Position numbers and translations under genes: made by a program. A stretch of 64,000 nt of DNA from a virus (lineage: Duplodnaviria; Caudoviricetes): positions 1 to 64,000 of IMG/VR virus record IMGVR_UViG_2585428000_000009; one strand, given 5' to 3'. A model generated the notes under the pieces. It was not told the origin of the DNA, did not search any database, and saw nothing but the letters and a program-made list of their open reading frames with translations. Shown piece after piece: positions 27,138 through 36,506 of this stretch. Positions within the stretch are counted from its first letter, which is position 1. Each line of letters opens with the position of its first letter.

Positions 27138-27560
27138 CTACCGCCGCCTCGTGCGTGGCCTTGTCGACGCCAAGCCCGCATTGCGCAGGATCAGTAGCGC
27201 CGCCGACGACAGGGTCTTGAGCGAGGCGTCGATTTCCTGCGCGCTGGGCGCGTCGGCGTAGGTGACCGATCCGCCGTCAGCGGTTTGGGTCTTGATCGCG
27301 ACGTCGCGTCCGACCGTGCCTGCGGCCGGGTCGATGCCGGCGAGGTGCCATTGCGCGGCCTGCGCGCAGGTGGCGTTCTTCAGGGCTTCGGCGATGTCCA
27401 GGTCTACTGGTAGTCCCGCCGGGTCGGTGTCGTAGAGGTCGCAGCGTGTCGCGGAGCGTACGAGCTGGGAGGCGAAGCGGATGAGCTGGATTGCCGCGGC
27501 CGTGGTGGGGAGGTCGGTGAGCCAGTCAGCCAGATCATCCGGGACGGCATAGACCAGCAC
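27138..27560 (-). CDS. Head-to-tail adaptor (connector)
   Basis: YA..DDL, AS.LVR.AT, ATCAQ, IL..AGL. Confidence 0.82.
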   Translation of the reverse strand: MLVYAVPDDLADWLTDLPTTAAAIQLIRFASQLVRSATRCDLYDTDPAGLPVDLDIAEALKNATCAQAAQWHLAGIDPAAGTVGRDVAIKTQTADGGSVTYADAPSAQEIDASLKTLSSAALLILRNAGLASTRPRTRRR

Positions 27561-27563
27561 GGC

Positions 27564-27791
27564 TTACTCCTTGGTACGTGTGCGCCGGACGGCCTTGGTC
27601 GCAGGCTTGGCGAGAGCTTCCGGCTCGGGTTCCGGCTCGGGTTCCGGCTCGGGTTCCGGCTCGGGTTCCGGTTCGGGTTGGGGCACTTCGGATTCGGGGA
27701 TCTCCGACCAGTACGCCCACTCCAAGAGGTCTGGGCGAGGCTTCTCGGAGGCGATCACCCAGTCCGAATGCAGGTACTTGTAATAGTGCAC
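27564..27791 (-). CDS. Small Pro-Glu-repeat phage protein
   Basis: GTG start with GGAG RBS; (PE)n tract. Confidence 0.6.
   Translation of the reverse strand: MHYYKYLHSDWVIASEKPRPDLLEWAYWSEIPESEVPQPEPEPEPEPEPEPEPEPEPEALAKPATKAVRRTRTKE
27620..27680. repeat. 12-bp tandem repeat (CGGCTCGGGTTC) encoding PEPE
   Basis: About five adjacent copies with no spacers. Confidence 0.85.
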
Positions 27792-27821
27792 GTGTCTCCG
27801 AAAGTGGTTGAAGCACAAACG

Positions 27822-27854
27822 GTATCCGGCAACCAAGAGGCGGCTGCCGGATAC
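27822..27854 (-). terminator. Hairpin downstream of the major capsid gene
   Basis: GTATCCGGCAGCC/GGTTGCCGGATAC stem followed by CGTTTGT on the minus strand. Confidence 0.6.
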
Positions 27855-27866
27855 GCAGGCCAGTGA

Positions 27867-28787
27867 CTACGGGGCCAGAGCGCCGCGCAGCAGCACGCCG
27901 CGATCAGCGTCGAGGGTCTTGGTGCCGTACAGGATGTCCAGAGACATCACCTCGGCCTTTTCCTGCATGTCGTACTGCTTGACCAGACGCAACGACAGGC
28001 CCTTGTACGACACGACGGTCGCCCAGGTGTTGTCGGTCGGCAGCGCCAACGTCGCCGACGCGAACGCGACAGCGGTCTTGTGGAACGCGAGACCGACCTC
28101 GGTGGTGGGCTGACCCGACGCCGGGCTGCCCGCAGGCTGCACGATGTTCTGGGTCATGAACGTTTCGAAGCCGAAGATGTCGCGGCCCAGCGAGCCCTTG
28201 CGCAGTGCCTCGGTCGAGCCGGACTTGTCGGCATGCTTCAGCATGTCCGTGTTCAGCCACGGCGCACGAGTGCTAGGACCGATGACCGCAGACCGCTCCG
28301 ACGCCGGAACGTTCTTGATGTTCAGCTGGCGGTCGGCCTCGATCAGCACCTCCGGCTTGTTCCACTCGTACCCGGTCTGCGTGCCCGCGACCTGAGTGAA
28401 GTCAGCCTTCGCCTGCGCGATAATCGACCGGTCGACGGCCTGAGCGATAGCTTCCGCTGCCGGGGTCAGGAACTGGCTGTCGAAGTCCTCCAGGTGCAGA
28501 GTCAGATCCTCTGCGGTGACCTGGAACGACACATCTTTGTGCGTGTCGAGGGTGACCGGGATACCGGTCTCGGTGGCGTTCTGGATGGTGATGCCGGGGT
28601 TCTGGCGATCGAAATCCTGCGCGGTGAACGTCGCGGGCTGCCGGATGGTGACGGTGGCGCCGACCTTCTGGCCGCGCCATTCCTGGCTGACGTCGGTGTA
28701 GACCAACGGCACCATGCACAGCTTTTCGTACAGGTTCGCCAGCGCCTGCTTGGCGATCACATCGGGAGTGAGAAGAGTGTTAGCCAT
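27867..28787 (-). CDS. Major capsid protein (P22 coat-like, HK97 fold)
   Basis: MAN..LTP..IA..AL, G.TVTIR.P, LNIKNVP..R..V, AFHK.A, DILYG.K.LD. Confidence 0.92.
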   Translation of the reverse strand: MANTLLTPDVIAKQALANLYEKLCMVPLVYTDVSQEWRGQKVGATVTIRQPATFTAQDFDRQNPGITIQNATETGIPVTLDTHKDVSFQVTAEDLTLHLEDFDSQFLTPAAEAIAQAVDRSIIAQAKADFTQVAGTQTGYEWNKPEVLIEADRQLNIKNVPASERSAVIGPSTRAPWLNTDMLKHADKSGSTEALRKGSLGRDIFGFETFMTQNIVQPAGSPASGQPTTEVGLAFHKTAVAFASATLALPTDNTWATVVSYKGLSLRLVKQYDMQEKAEVMSLDILYGTKTLDADRGVLLRGALAP

Positions 28788-28808
28788 GTGGGCGTGCTCC
28801 TATGAGCA

Positions 28809-29546
28809 TCAGATGCCGTCGCGTTCACGCTTTGCGCGCATCTCGCGACGAATGTCATCGATGGACTTGGCGGCGTTCGGCTTAGGGGCCGCGTTGCCGC
28901 CGGTGAGGTCACCGCCGCTACGAGGGGCAGACACCCGGTCTTGCGCCTTCTTGAGCTTTGGATTGAATTCGACTGCCGCAGAAACGATCTGCTCCACCTG
29001 GGAGGCGAAATCGTCGGCAGAAGGGTCGAGGTTCTTCAGCGCCCCGGTACCGGCGAGGTAGGGGACGAGGATGGTGGTGTCGCCGTCGCATTTGTCGGCG
29101 GCAGCGTTGAGCGCTTTCTCGATACGCAGCGAGCGCAGTTCCTGGGCGGCGGCGTCGCGTTCGGCTGCCAATTGGGCTTCGCGATCCTGCGCCTGCTTCA
29201 GCAGCTCAGCCGGGTCGGGCGGGGTGTCGTCCTTGATCAGCCCGAGTGCGCGACCGATCTGCTCGGACAGGTCCCGCTGGGCCTTCTCCGCTGCCTCTTT
29301 CGCGGCCTGTTCGGCGGCTTCTTTGCCTTTGACTCGGGCGGCGGCGGCTTCGTCGCGCAGTTTCTTGACATACTTTTCGTCGTATGTCTTCTCGACAGGC
29401 TTCTCGGGTTCCGGCTTGGGATCGGTGTCGCCTGCGGGGGTTTCGGTTTCGGTGGCCTGTACATCGCCACCGGGTTCCGGTGCCGGATCGGCGGGGGTGT
29501 CAACGGTGTCGTTGACGGTTTCCTGGACGTTGGCTTCCTCAGCCAT
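28809..29546 (-). CDS. Capsid scaffolding protein
   Basis: Acidic N-terminus, YVKKLRDEAAAARVK, coiled coil, RSGGD; upstream of the capsid gene. Confidence 0.88.
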   Translation of the reverse strand: MAEEANVQETVNDTVDTPADPAPEPGGDVQATETETPAGDTDPKPEPEKPVEKTYDEKYVKKLRDEAAAARVKGKEAAEQAAKEAAEKAQRDLSEQIGRALGLIKDDTPPDPAELLKQAQDREAQLAAERDAAAQELRSLRIEKALNAAADKCDGDTTILVPYLAGTGALKNLDPSADDFASQVEQIVSAAVEFNPKLKKAQDRVSAPRSGGDLTGGNAAPKPNAAKSIDDIRREMRAKRERDGI

Positions 29547-29686
29547 GAATGTGCCTCCTGGACACGGAGAAACACCCGTCGGCGACCTGGCCAGACAGGG
29601 TGTTGAAATGACGAAACCCCCAGGGCCACAGGCCAGAACTTGGGGGTTGGTGAATTCCGCTTGGCGCGGAAGTGTCAGGTGCTCAG

Positions 29687-29759
29687 ATCTCTCGCCAGGA
29701 CTCGAACCTGGACTCGAAGAACCAAACTCTTCGGTGCTGCCGGATTACACCACGAGAGA
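29687..29759 (-). tRNA. tRNA-Gln (TTG)
   Basis: Cloverleaf: TCTCTCG/CGAGAGA acceptor, GAAGA-GT TTG GT-TCTTC anticodon arm, CCAGG-TTCGAGT-CCTGG T arm; no encoded CCA. Confidence 0.85.
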
Positions 29760-29763
29760 GTGT

Positions 29764-30732
29764 CTACCTGTTGGTGGCGTACCGAATTCGGTGCAGCCGC
29801 CGCGCTTTTCGCTGCTGAGCATTCGCGGCGCGGCGCTGCTCACGTACCGGTTCGGGTACGCGAACCGCGTGCGGTGGGCTCGGGTCGTCCGGAGTCCACA
29901 CGCGGATGGTGTGGCGGCAACCACGATGGAACAAGCCGCGTTCACGAGCCTGCACCAGCGAGGCCATCACCGTCGCCGACACGAGACGACCCGTGCTCGA
30001 TTCCTCGATGACAGTGCCCGTGGTGCGGCCGGAGATGGACAGCACTTGGCCTTCGAACGGTCGGCACAGGGGGCAGGAACCGACGACGTCGGAGACGACG
30101 AACAGGTCGTGGCCAGCTGCGGCGAGCTGTGCGCAATAGCCGTCGATCTCAGCGCGGGTCACTGCGGACCGAACTACCATTTCCGCGTAGGAGACGAACT
30201 CGTAACGGCGGCCGTGCGCGTCGACCTGGCCGGTGAAGCCGCGGCGCGCGGTGCGAGCCAACACCTCACGCAGGAGTTGGTCCAGCGAGTCGTCGTCGGT
30301 GACACGGCGGTCGTGGGCAACCTGTTCGACTGTCTCCCGGTAGATCGCTTCCGCCGCTCTCGGGATGTGCCGGTGCACGACAGTCAATGCTTCGATGACC
30401 TGGTCGGCGAGGCGTTGTGCCGCGCTGTCGTCGATGAGGTCCGCATGGCCGGTGAGGTCGTCGCGGGCGGCGTCCGCCCCGCGCCGGAACGCTGCAAGGA
30501 CAATCCCCACCACGATCACGGCCGCCTGCGTGCTCAATCCGAGCATGATGCGCGCGATCCTGTTGCGGAATCCGGGCAGTCGCAGCAGGATTCGCGCCAG
30601 CCACGATGCCCCGGTCCAGCGTTCACCGAACAAGGTGCGGGCGATCAACCGCCACAGGGCGCGTTCGGCGGTGAGGTACAGGCGCGTGATCGCGCCGGTG
30701 TGGCCGTCGCCGTAGCTGGGTGTGAGCGGCAT
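29764..30732 (-). CDS. Phage minor capsid / head morphogenesis protein
   Basis: D..GRRY...SYAEM..R, CPLCRPFEG.VLS..G, GLFH..CRH. Confidence 0.85.
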   Translation of the reverse strand: MPLTPSYGDGHTGAITRLYLTAERALWRLIARTLFGERWTGASWLARILLRLPGFRNRIARIMLGLSTQAAVIVVGIVLAAFRRGADAARDDLTGHADLIDDSAAQRLADQVIEALTVVHRHIPRAAEAIYRETVEQVAHDRRVTDDDSLDQLLREVLARTARRGFTGQVDAHGRRYEFVSYAEMVVRSAVTRAEIDGYCAQLAAAGHDLFVVSDVVGSCPLCRPFEGQVLSISGRTTGTVIEESSTGRLVSATVMASLVQARERGLFHRGCRHTIRVWTPDDPSPPHAVRVPEPVREQRRAANAQQRKARRLHRIRYATNR

Positions 30733-32318
30733 CAGGCCGCCTCCTCCAACCCGCCTTCGACCGGTGCCTCACCGAAGTCGCCGGGTTCGTCCACCTCGAC
30801 ATCCTCGCGGGACATCTCGTCGAGAATCCGCGCGACTTCGTCATCGACCTCGGGATTGCTCCAGTTCGGGTGGTACATCCGCACCGCAGTCTCCACCGAC
30901 AGCGCATGCGCCGCGCGCAGGTTCGCGATCGCGGTCGACAGCGCGACCGGGTCTTGGTCGACACGGACGGGGAAGTCCATTTCCGGGTCGGCGGTCACCC
31001 CGTAATCGGGTCCGCCGAACACGACCCGGTCGAGGTCGAGCATGGTGCGAGCCAGCGGTTGCGCGGCGGCCTGCCAGTACAGGATCTTGCGGTTGCGGGT
31101 CTGGTTCGACTTGTCCTTGCGGGCCGATACCTCGGTCGCGGTCATCGTCACCGCATCCGAGTCGTCGAAATCCGCAGCGGAGTAACCGCAGGCACGCAAG
31201 ATCTGCTTGAGCAGCTTCTCGCAAGTTTTCGCGTGTTCTTCGACGCGGATCGCGAACTGCTGCGGCTGCACCAGACGCGCGCCGTGCTCGTCGGTCATGC
31301 CCATGCTGTCCGACGGCACAGGCGTGAAGATCGCCTGTTCCGGATCGAAGGACGCGCCCTTGCCGGGGCCTTGGTCCTCAAGCAGTTCTTGTGCGACGAA
31401 CAACCTAGCCTTCGCCAGATCGAGGTCACGCATCCACGACGACCACGCCTCATCGAGCGAGTCGAACAGCGGCTCGACACCTTCGAAGTCGCTGCGCCCC
31501 AACGCCGACAGCTTCGGAATGTTGCGCCACTTACGGGCTGGCCTGACGTTGGGAACGTAGGCGGCCGTCAGCCCGTCGACGCCGGTTTCGATGGAGGAGT
31601 TCTCGTCCACCAGTTCGGCAGCCCATTCGGTGGCTGCGAGGCTGTCCAACGGCATGCGCCGCCCGATCGTGCCCTCGTCGCCCAGGAACAGAGCGTGCTC
31701 GATGCTGCCAGCCTCGTGATGCTCGAGATGGCGCCACACGCCCTGCTTGTCTTCGGCGACGATCGTCCAGAACGTCACCGCCGACAGGCGCCCGTACCGC
31801 CATTCCGGGATCGCGCAGTCGGGGCTGACCGCGGACAACATCACCTTGTCGGTGGCTTCCTTGTCCCACCACAGCCGCAGGAACACCCCGCCCAGGGCGG
31901 CTTGGATTTCGGCGGCTTCCAAGAACGCGGCGACGCTGCCGGCGTCGTCGAGCAGTTCGTTCAACCTCTGCTGCGCGCCTTCCACGTCGCGGGCGTCGCC
32001 TTCGCTGAACAGCCAGCTCGGCGGCTGCCCGAACAGCAGGTCCGCTGATGTGGTCGCGATGTCGGCGGCGGCTGGGACGTGCAGGCGTTTGGTGTCCTGG
32101 AAGACCGGGCGCCCCCACCACAAGCGGGACAGCATCCCCACGATGCCGCCGCGCAGCTGTGAGGCGCGTGGTGTCGGGAGCTGGTAGTTGCTGCCGCTGT
32201 AGATGGATTGCAGAGCGATGGTGTCGCCGGACCACCAGGCGCTGTAGGTGGCGAAGTCGTCGTAGGCGGTGTCGTGGGGCTTGGGCGGCCATGCGCCTGC
32301 GTACTCGGGCATCGCCAC
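30732..32318 (-). CDS. Portal protein
   Basis: WW.GD..AL, RLHVP.A.DIA..SADLLF, YVPN.RP, GRSDF, QF.IRVEEH. Confidence 0.92.
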   Translation of the reverse strand: MAMPEYAGAWPPKPHDTAYDDFATYSAWWSGDTIALQSIYSGSNYQLPTPRASQLRGGIVGMLSRLWWGRPVFQDTKRLHVPAAADIATTSADLLFGQPPSWLFSEGDARDVEGAQQRLNELLDDAGSVAAFLEAAEIQAALGGVFLRLWWDKEATDKVMLSAVSPDCAIPEWRYGRLSAVTFWTIVAEDKQGVWRHLEHHEAGSIEHALFLGDEGTIGRRMPLDSLAATEWAAELVDENSSIETGVDGLTAAYVPNVRPARKWRNIPKLSALGRSDFEGVEPLFDSLDEAWSSWMRDLDLAKARLFVAQELLEDQGPGKGASFDPEQAIFTPVPSDSMGMTDEHGARLVQPQQFAIRVEEHAKTCEKLLKQILRACGYSAADFDDSDAVTMTATEVSARKDKSNQTRNRKILYWQAAAQPLARTMLDLDRVVFGGPDYGVTADPEMDFPVRVDQDPVALSTAIANLRAAHALSVETAVRMYHPNWSNPEVDDEVARILDEMSREDVEVDEPGDFGEAPVEGGLEEAA

Positions 32319-32395
32319 GGGCAGCCTCCGAGAGGGTGTCGAGCGCGCGAAGTCCGTTGCAGCGCTGTGAAGTTAGAAGAGTGAGGAGAGCGGGC

Positions 32396-33538
32396 CTATA
32401 CGAGGCTCATCGCTGAGATCTCGCCCGCGCGGGTGAGGTAGACCAGGCCGCCGCGTCTGGCTTCGGCGCCGGTGAGGTCGCGGTAATAGTTGCTGCCGCC
32501 GTCGAAGGTCGGTGAGCAGATACGGGTGCGGGTCTTCGCGGTTTCGACCGCCCACGAATGGAAGTGGCCGTGCGCGAGGATGTGCGCGCCCGCTGGATTC
32601 TGTTGATGGAACGCTTGATCCGACCACCACGTGAACGCGTGCGAGTGTTTAGCGGTGGCGCCGCCCTTCCACTGGTGGCCGTGGGCGATGGTGAAGACGG
32701 TGTCGCCGCGGGCGACGGTCATGAACCCTTGCTCGGGATCGGGCACTTCGACGCTGACATGCCCGAACGCGGCCTCGTTCATCTTCAACGCGTCGGCGAC
32801 GCTGATGGCGCACTCGGTGGCCCAGCCATCGCCAGGGTTCGTGTTCTGGAACCGTTGCGCCTGATCATGATTACCGTTCACGACCGACACCCACATCGTG
32901 TCGGTGAGCGGCGCGAACTGCTCGATGGTGTGCAGCATCAGGCGGCGCAGAATGCGGGTCTGGGTAGTGACTCCGTACTCGGTGCGCCACCAGTTGCGGC
33001 CGTCTTGGGAGACGTTGCCCTCGATGCAGTCACCCGGGAACAGGATGTGCACGCCCGCGACGCCGCGGATCTGAAGGACCCGATACTCACGGACTGCGCG
33101 GTCGACGGTGTCGAGGAACTTGTCGACGATGGTGTCGGTGCCGCCGTTGTCGGCCTTCGCGATCTGAAGGTCCGAGCATTGGAGGTTGAACACGTGCGGG
33201 CCAGACGACACGGCGGGCTGATGCGCCGCCCAGCCGTCGATGCGAGCGATCAGTTCGCCGAGGTTCGAGTCGGGTCGGCGGGGCGCGATCCGGAACCGGT
33301 ACGCCGCGAGCCAGCGTTCATCGTAAGTCTGCCACCGCGAGACGCGCGGATGCCCGACGATCTGCACCTCATCCGGGTCGTACCCGAACTGCCGCAACAG
33401 CTCGATGTAGGAGGCTGGTGGATCGTGCAGTGCGCCGGTTTGGATGAATCCGCCTGTGACAGCATCGTATTCGGTGCGGGGCCGGTACTCGGGTTCTTGC
33501 GCGGTCGGTTGTGCGGCGAGGTCATCGGCGAGGCTCAT
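32396..33538 (-). CDS. Calcineurin-like metallophosphoesterase / nuclease
   Basis: SDLQI, GDCIEG, GNHD, HGH, GHFH motifs. Confidence 0.85.
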   Translation of the reverse strand: MSLADDLAAQPTAQEPEYRPRTEYDAVTGGFIQTGALHDPPASYIELLRQFGYDPDEVQIVGHPRVSRWQTYDERWLAAYRFRIAPRRPDSNLGELIARIDGWAAHQPAVSSGPHVFNLQCSDLQIAKADNGGTDTIVDKFLDTVDRAVREYRVLQIRGVAGVHILFPGDCIEGNVSQDGRNWWRTEYGVTTQTRILRRLMLHTIEQFAPLTDTMWVSVVNGNHDQAQRFQNTNPGDGWATECAISVADALKMNEAAFGHVSVEVPDPEQGFMTVARGDTVFTIAHGHQWKGGATAKHSHAFTWWSDQAFHQQNPAGAHILAHGHFHSWAVETAKTRTRICSPTFDGGSNYYRDLTGAEARRGGLVYLTRAGEISAMSLV

Positions 33539-33792
33539 GCAGCCTCCGCCGCTTCTGTTGCCGCATAGCATGAGCATTCGCGGCGGCAGTGTTTGCGAAA
33601 TCGGGTTTCGCCCGCCTCGCAGCCGTGCCGAGAGGCGATGCGGTGCAAGTTAGCGACGTTCCGGCTCGCATTGGAGATCGCTTGCTCCACGAGGGTTCGA
33701 TTCTCCTGATCCAGAGCCGCCAGCCACTCGCCTGTCTTACAGAGACGAACGGGCTTGTGATTGGCTGCCGCGAGGTCGTCGGCGAGGGACAT
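33535..33792 (-). CDS. Small Cys/His (zinc-binding) protein
   Basis: C..G.W...L, F..HC...C.C; RBS AGGAGA; coupled to the phosphoesterase. Confidence 0.75.
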   Translation of the reverse strand: MSLADDLAAANHKPVRLCKTGEWLAALDQENRTLVEQAISNASRNVANLHRIASRHGCEAGETRFRKHCRRECSCYAATEAAEAA

Positions 33793-33862
33793 ACGATGTC
33801 TCCTAGATCATTGTGCCTAGTAACTATCGTATTGCTGCAAGTCAAACATGATCGTGGCGTCC

Positions 33863-35173
33863 CTACGCGGCGTCCACAAGATCAGCCTTCGAGCGGCCCG
33901 CCAGTTTAATGCGGCGCCGCCACTTCCGTTCGGTCGTGGTGATGCTGTAGCGGAGGCTGTCGCACGAGTGGTCGTTGAGCTTGATCGGCTGATCCTTGCC
34001 CTCTTCGGTGGCTTTGGTGTCCCACACGTAGCCGGGGATCTCTTTCAACAGAGCCGTGCACCGATCGGCGATCTTCAGTTTGTCGACGCTGAAAAGCGCT
34101 GACACCGTCCGGATTCCGTAGAGAACATCGTTCATGGCCGGGACCGTGCTGAGACCGTCTTGCTTCAGCTGGACGCGGTAGTCGGCGGCGGAAGGGTCCA
34201 CGGCCACAGGGCACGTGATGCGCGGTGGGTTGTCTGGGTCGTCGCTGGGGTGGTGAGGTCCAGTCAGCCACTCGCGCAGCCCCTCCGAGAGTTGCACGTT
34301 GGTGCGGCGCGCTTCCCGGTTCGACGGCTCGTACCGCCACTCGTCGACGGCATACAGCACGTTGTCGACACCGAGCCCGAGCATTGTCGCCGCGGTGGGG
34401 TTGGTGGTGCCGTGGTCGACGCCGACACCGATGTACCACTGCATTTCCGGCAGGTCCGCCCATGCGATGACGTGGCGGGACTGGTCGAAGCAGTCGTAGA
34501 CGGCGCCGTCGGCGGCGACCCACTGTCCGAGGATGTTCCGCAGATAGAACAGGCCCTGGTTCTCGGCCTTCAGCGACGCGACATAGTCCGGATGCAGTGA
34601 TGGGTTGTCGTCGAGGGTGAAGTCCCAGGCACCCAACCGCATGTCGGGCTCGCCCGCGCGGTCGATGAAGTTGACCTTCAGGTAGTGCTGCGGGTTGTCG
34701 GGGTTCGTCGTGGCCAGGCAGCGGGCGCCGGGGACGGACAGGCGCGCCAGGAGTTGGTTCCAGAAGTTCTCCGGCAGCAGTGTCGCTTCGTCGACCAGCG
34801 CGAGGCAGGCGGTGAGGCCGCGGAGTTTGCCTTCTGCGCGGACGTCGGAGGCGCCGATCAAATGGACGGTGCGGCCGAAGATGACGGCGATGTTGGAGCC
34901 GCGCGTGTGGTGCACTTCGCGTGCCCAGGGACCGAACACGGCCTCGTCCTGCATCGGTTCGAGGATGTTGCGTTCGATCGTTTGCAGGGTGCGCCCGCAG
35001 ATGAGGATGAGGCCGGTGTTGGGTGCTTCGACGACGGCGCCGTAGAACGCGAGAATGCTCGCGATCGTCTTGCCGGAACGCACGGCGCCGGACCAGATGC
35101 TGATGCGGTGCCGCTGAGATTCGACAATCGAGGCGATCTGCTTGCGCGACAGCGGAAGCGAGTCGACGTTCAC
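33863..35173 (-). CDS. Terminase large subunit (PBSX type)
   Basis: GAVRSGKT Walker A, LVDEAT Walker B, TTNPD.P.H, GVDHGTTNP, DPSAA, DHSCDSLRY. Confidence 0.95.
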   Translation of the reverse strand: MNVDSLPLSRKQIASIVESQRHRISIWSGAVRSGKTIASILAFYGAVVEAPNTGLILICGRTLQTIERNILEPMQDEAVFGPWAREVHHTRGSNIAVIFGRTVHLIGASDVRAEGKLRGLTACLALVDEATLLPENFWNQLLARLSVPGARCLATTNPDNPQHYLKVNFIDRAGEPDMRLGAWDFTLDDNPSLHPDYVASLKAENQGLFYLRNILGQWVAADGAVYDCFDQSRHVIAWADLPEMQWYIGVGVDHGTTNPTAATMLGLGVDNVLYAVDEWRYEPSNREARRTNVQLSEGLREWLTGPHHPSDDPDNPPRITCPVAVDPSAADYRVQLKQDGLSTVPAMNDVLYGIRTVSALFSVDKLKIADRCTALLKEIPGYVWDTKATEEGKDQPIKLNDHSCDSLRYSITTTERKWRRRIKLAGRSKADLVDAA

Positions 35174-35646
35174 GCGGCGTCGCGGTCCTCGCTCGCGGCG
35201 TCAGCCTCGTGCAGGGTTTCCAGCATCCTGAAGAACGTGCCGACCATGGACGTCGTCTCGGTGGACACGGTTCCCTTGGCGTCGGCGATGGCCTTGAGTT
35301 CAGCGGCTTTGTAGGTGCCGGTGAGTTTGGCTCGCTGGTCCATGATGGCCAGCGCTCGGTCAATCTTCCATTCCGCGCCTCGCTCGCCGGCGACGATGTC
35401 GGGCCAGATCGCGGCGAGCATGGCGTCGAGGCGTTGGAGTTCGAGTTCTAGGTACTCTTCGGCCTTTTCGCGGGTGACGTCGGCGAGTGCGTCTTGGATG
35501 TAGCTGGAGATGGTGGACTTGTGTAAGCCCATGATCTCTGCGATTTCGTACTGCTTCTTTCCGGCGAGGCGTAGTTCGAGGGCGCGTTTGCGGCGCTGCT
35601 GAACCTCGAGCGATTCTTCGACGGGCTTGGATTTCTTGCGTGCCAT
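35170..35646 (-). CDS. Terminase small subunit (HTH)
   Basis: ALELRLAG....EIA..MG, LEL.RLD.M, DR.L.IMD.RAKL.G; overlaps the large subunit start. Confidence 0.85.
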   Translation of the reverse strand: MARKKSKPVEESLEVQQRRKRALELRLAGKKQYEIAEIMGLHKSTISSYIQDALADVTREKAEEYLELELQRLDAMLAAIWPDIVAGERGAEWKIDRALAIMDQRAKLTGTYKAAELKAIADAKGTVSTETTSMVGTFFRMLETLHEADAASEDRDAA

Positions 35647-35688
35647 TGGGCGGAACCTCCGTACACGGCGGCTCCTGGCCGTCCGCGA

Positions 35689-35859
35689 TCAGGTGGTGAT
35701 GGGGTCGGCTGCCACCTGGGCGAGCCGATTGAGGGGCACGATGCGTGCCGGACCGGAGATGAGGGGCGTGATCAGGGCGCGACCGTGGCGTACACGCGTG
35801 ACGCGATACCGCGACGGCGTGCCGGTGACGGTCACGATGTCGCCGACCGTGATGGCCAT
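35689..35859 (-). CDS. Small hypothetical protein (SH3-like beta pattern)
   Basis: 56-aa ORF MAITVGDIVTVTG... with GGAGG RBS; below the ORF-track length cut-off. Confidence 0.55.
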   Translation of the reverse strand: MAITVGDIVTVTGTPSRYRVTRVRHGRALITPLISGPARIVPLNRLAQVAADPITT

Positions 35860-35883
35860 AACCAGACCTCCGGAGACGAGGGG

Positions 35884-36129
35884 CTACGTGCGGGCGAGAC
35901 GTGTGACGAGACGCGCGACCCAGGTGAACAGATCCACCTGGGGCGGAAGGTCGTTCATCAGGTGGCGCGCGGTGTACTCGATCGCCACCCGCGTCAGCAG
36001 CGGGTGCTGCTCCAGGGCGCGATCGACGCCCTCCGACAGCAGCTCCCCCGGCGGCGCGACCAGTTCCGCGACGACGACCGCGGCGCCGACGAACACCCAC
36101 AAATGCCACGCTTTGATGCGGGATCTCAT
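35884..36129 (-). CDS. Small membrane protein
   Basis: AW..., ELLSE.VDR....HP, HL.N.LP pattern. Confidence 0.7.
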   Translation of the reverse strand: MRSRIKAWHLWVFVGAAVVVAELVAPPGELLSEGVDRALEQHPLLTRVAIEYTARHLMNDLPPQVDLFTWVARLVTRLART

Positions 36130-36138
36130 GGCGGCTCG

Positions 36139-36303
36139 CTAGTCGGCTTCGTCGTCGCCGTCGACGACCATGACGTGCTCGACCATGCCTGTGTTGGTCA
36201 TGGCCGACCAGATCGCGGCAGCGACATCGGACGGCGACACCTGCACGGGTTCGGGGGTTTCGATCGCGAGTTCGAACAACCACAGTTTCAACCGGAATTT
36301 CAT
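36139..36303 (-). CDS. Small hypothetical protein
   Basis: RBS AGGAG, MKFRLKLWLFEL. Confidence 0.55.
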   Translation of the reverse strand: MKFRLKLWLFELAIETPEPVQVSPSDVAAAIWSAMTNTGMVEHVMVVDGDDEAD

Positions 36304-36506
36304 GATGGCTCCTGTGGTCGTTCGGTGTGCTCGCGGCCGTCGAGGCTGTGGTGGATGATCAGCCAGCCGCGTGGATGCAGTTCGGTCCGCGGCCCGCACA
36401 CGCAGTCAGCGCCGGTGAAGGTATGCGCGACAGCATCATCGAGCGGATGGATGTGGTACTCGCTCGGTCTGGTCAGGCTGTATCCGGCTGACCACTTGCC
36501 TGCCAT
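36300..36506 (-). CDS. Small His/Cys-rich hypothetical protein
   Basis: H..P.DD...H....C.CGP....HHSLDGRE. Confidence 0.65.
   Translation of the reverse strand: MAGKWSAGYSLTRPSEYHIHPLDDAVAHTFTGADCVCGPRTELHPRGWLIIHHSLDGREHTERPQEPS

Noticed and set aside
27620-27680. Short repeat array resembling CRISPR
   Set aside because: Contiguous 12-bp units without spacers, encoding a Pro-Glu linker; no cas genes.
29071-31005. 644-aa plus-strand ORF (also 13239-14909, 25019-26107, 32558-33568 and similar)
   Set aside because: Antisense shadows of well-supported minus-strand phage genes, expected in high-GC DNA; no motifs.
33793-33850. Defined sigma-70 promoter for the phosphoesterase pair
   Set aside because: AT-rich with TTGACT and TACGAT-like hexamers, but the spacing does not fit, so it was not called as a feature.
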